Assembly: GCA_016748015.1 (NCBI GenBank)
Contig: JAAOMT010000240.1
Location: forward strand, 1-64,000
Source of the DNA: Geosiphon pyriformis uo1
Lineage: Eukaryota > Fungi > Glomeromycota
DNA length: 64,000 nucleotides
Direction: 5' to 3'
The notes below the pieces were generated by a model. The model worked only from the letters and a program-made list of their open reading frames with translations. It was not told where the DNA came from and searched no databases. Shown here in pieces: positions 62,737 to 64,000 of this stretch. Made by a program: the position numbers and the translations under genes. The number at the start of each line of letters is the position of its first letter. Positions within the stretch are counted from its first letter, which is position 1.

Positions 62737-63825
62737 AAAAAAAACTTTTTTCTTTTTTTTATTTCAAATTCCCTAAAAAAAAAGTCAAAGAGTTTTTTGA
62801 AAGAAGTTTTCTTTATTATTCAGTATAATAAATTCAAACTGTTTTTGCTTGATTATGAGGCCACTGTTGGCCCTAGTATTGTCATTCTGAATAAGTCTAT
62901 CATAAAGTCTGGTTCTAACATTGGTGTTAAATCTGTGAAATCCAAAAAAAAGAGGAGAGATGGTGCTTTGAAAGATAGTGTTAGTAATAAAAAGATTGCT
63001 GCTATGGTATTAAGTGGTTGTTTCTGGAGTTCTGAGACTGATAATACCACCAAGTCAGATAGTATAGACATGAAAGAGAAATTTTTGGTTGAAGAAACCA
63101 GCTTTAATTATGAAAAAAATGGTGCTCTCACTAGTGAAGACTCGGAACAAACTCCTAAGAGTTCAAAAATTCAGACCAAAAAAGCACTGAGTAAACCACT
63201 AGGGAAAATTAACTTTTTAGATGATAATGGTGATGACATTCTCTTGGACAAATCTGTGGTTCTTCCTTTTCCTTTGAAGAACTTGGTTAATGTTTCTGTT
63301 CGTAAATCTTTTGCTTTGAATATTGGGCTAAACAAAGTAGCAGGAAAATTTTCTCAAGAAAAGTACACAGTAGTCAGGAAATTGTTTTCAGAAATCAATG
63401 GTTTTGGGAGGGTGTCTACTCCTTCAAAATTTGCTGGGATAATTAAAGTAATATTCACTTTCGAATCAAATTTAATAAAAGTCACTGATAAGACTACAAG
63501 TGCAAAGATTGTAGTAAATACTAATCTCAAAAAATCTGCTGAGTGGTCAAATCGAGCTGTGGTCATAAAAAAAATTCAATTGGGATATTGGCTGAGGCTG
63601 TGTATGCTGTACTATCTGAGTATGAAATAATTAAGGCGATCAAGATACAATTAGTCAGGCTATAACAGAAGGCTATGGTGGAATTTGAACAATTGGATTA
63701 TGCTAATTTGGTCACAGCAAGATGGTCTATCTTAATCAGGAAAGATGTAATGTATGTTGCTAGAGTAAATTTGGATAAAAAAACATGAATTGCAAGAAAT
63801 CAACACAAGGCATTGTTCTATATGC
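62737..63825 (+). mobile_element. LINE copy 5: 5'UTR and ORF1 5' half
   Basis: ORF 62797-63630 is homologous to ORF1 of copies 2 and 3 (LVEETSF, RKSFAL.IGL.KVAG, TPSKF). Confidence 0.92.
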
Positions 63826-64000
63826 TGTTACTCATAAAAAAAAACAGATATAAGAAAAATAGTAGACCAATAAAAGAGTAATAGTTAGCACATGAGCATA
63901 TTGCTCAGCAATGTGGAACAATGTCAGAAATTATAGCATATTGCTTAACAATATAGAGCAATGTCAAAAATCATGACATATTGTTCAGCAATATGGAGCA
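63826..64000. mobile_element. Probable LTR start of a third family, containing 40-bp tandem repeats
   Basis: LINE homology stops at TGTTAC, the same terminus as families A and B. Repeat units start at 63896, 63936 and 63976. Confidence 0.6.

Overview
Intron-rich, AT-rich eukaryotic DNA, almost certainly fungal. The RAX2 and gamma-tubulin-complex genes and short GT-AG introns point to an early-diverging Mucoromycota/Glomeromycotina-type fungus (inference). 1-47 kb is a nested transposon block. It holds four same-orientation (-) LINEs (APE-RT-RNase H), three Ty3/Gypsy LTR elements of two families inserted into LINE coding sequence (4-bp TSDs where both ends are visible), and a hidden pogo/CENP-B-type DNA transposon (26-bp TIRs, 3842-12494) that contains a whole LINE. 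48.7-61.8 kb has three host genes: RAX2-like with a C-terminal SH3, GCP2/SPC97, and a 13-exon SR protein with an RRM and two zinc knuckles. A fifth LINE, cut by another LTR-like insertion, ends the window. Most notable: (1) both Gypsy families share a complex layout: single-frame gag-PR-unknown multi-Cys domain-dUTPase-RT-RH, a stop at the same codon, then integrase as its own AUG-initiated ORF; family A also has a soluble ORF3 running through the PPT into the LTR; (2) strongly directional C>T/G>A erosion turns repeats into AT deserts; (3) the LINEs conserve an AUGA stop/start junction and a 3'UTR hairpin. There are five N-gaps. All domain calls are by motif recognition, not database search.
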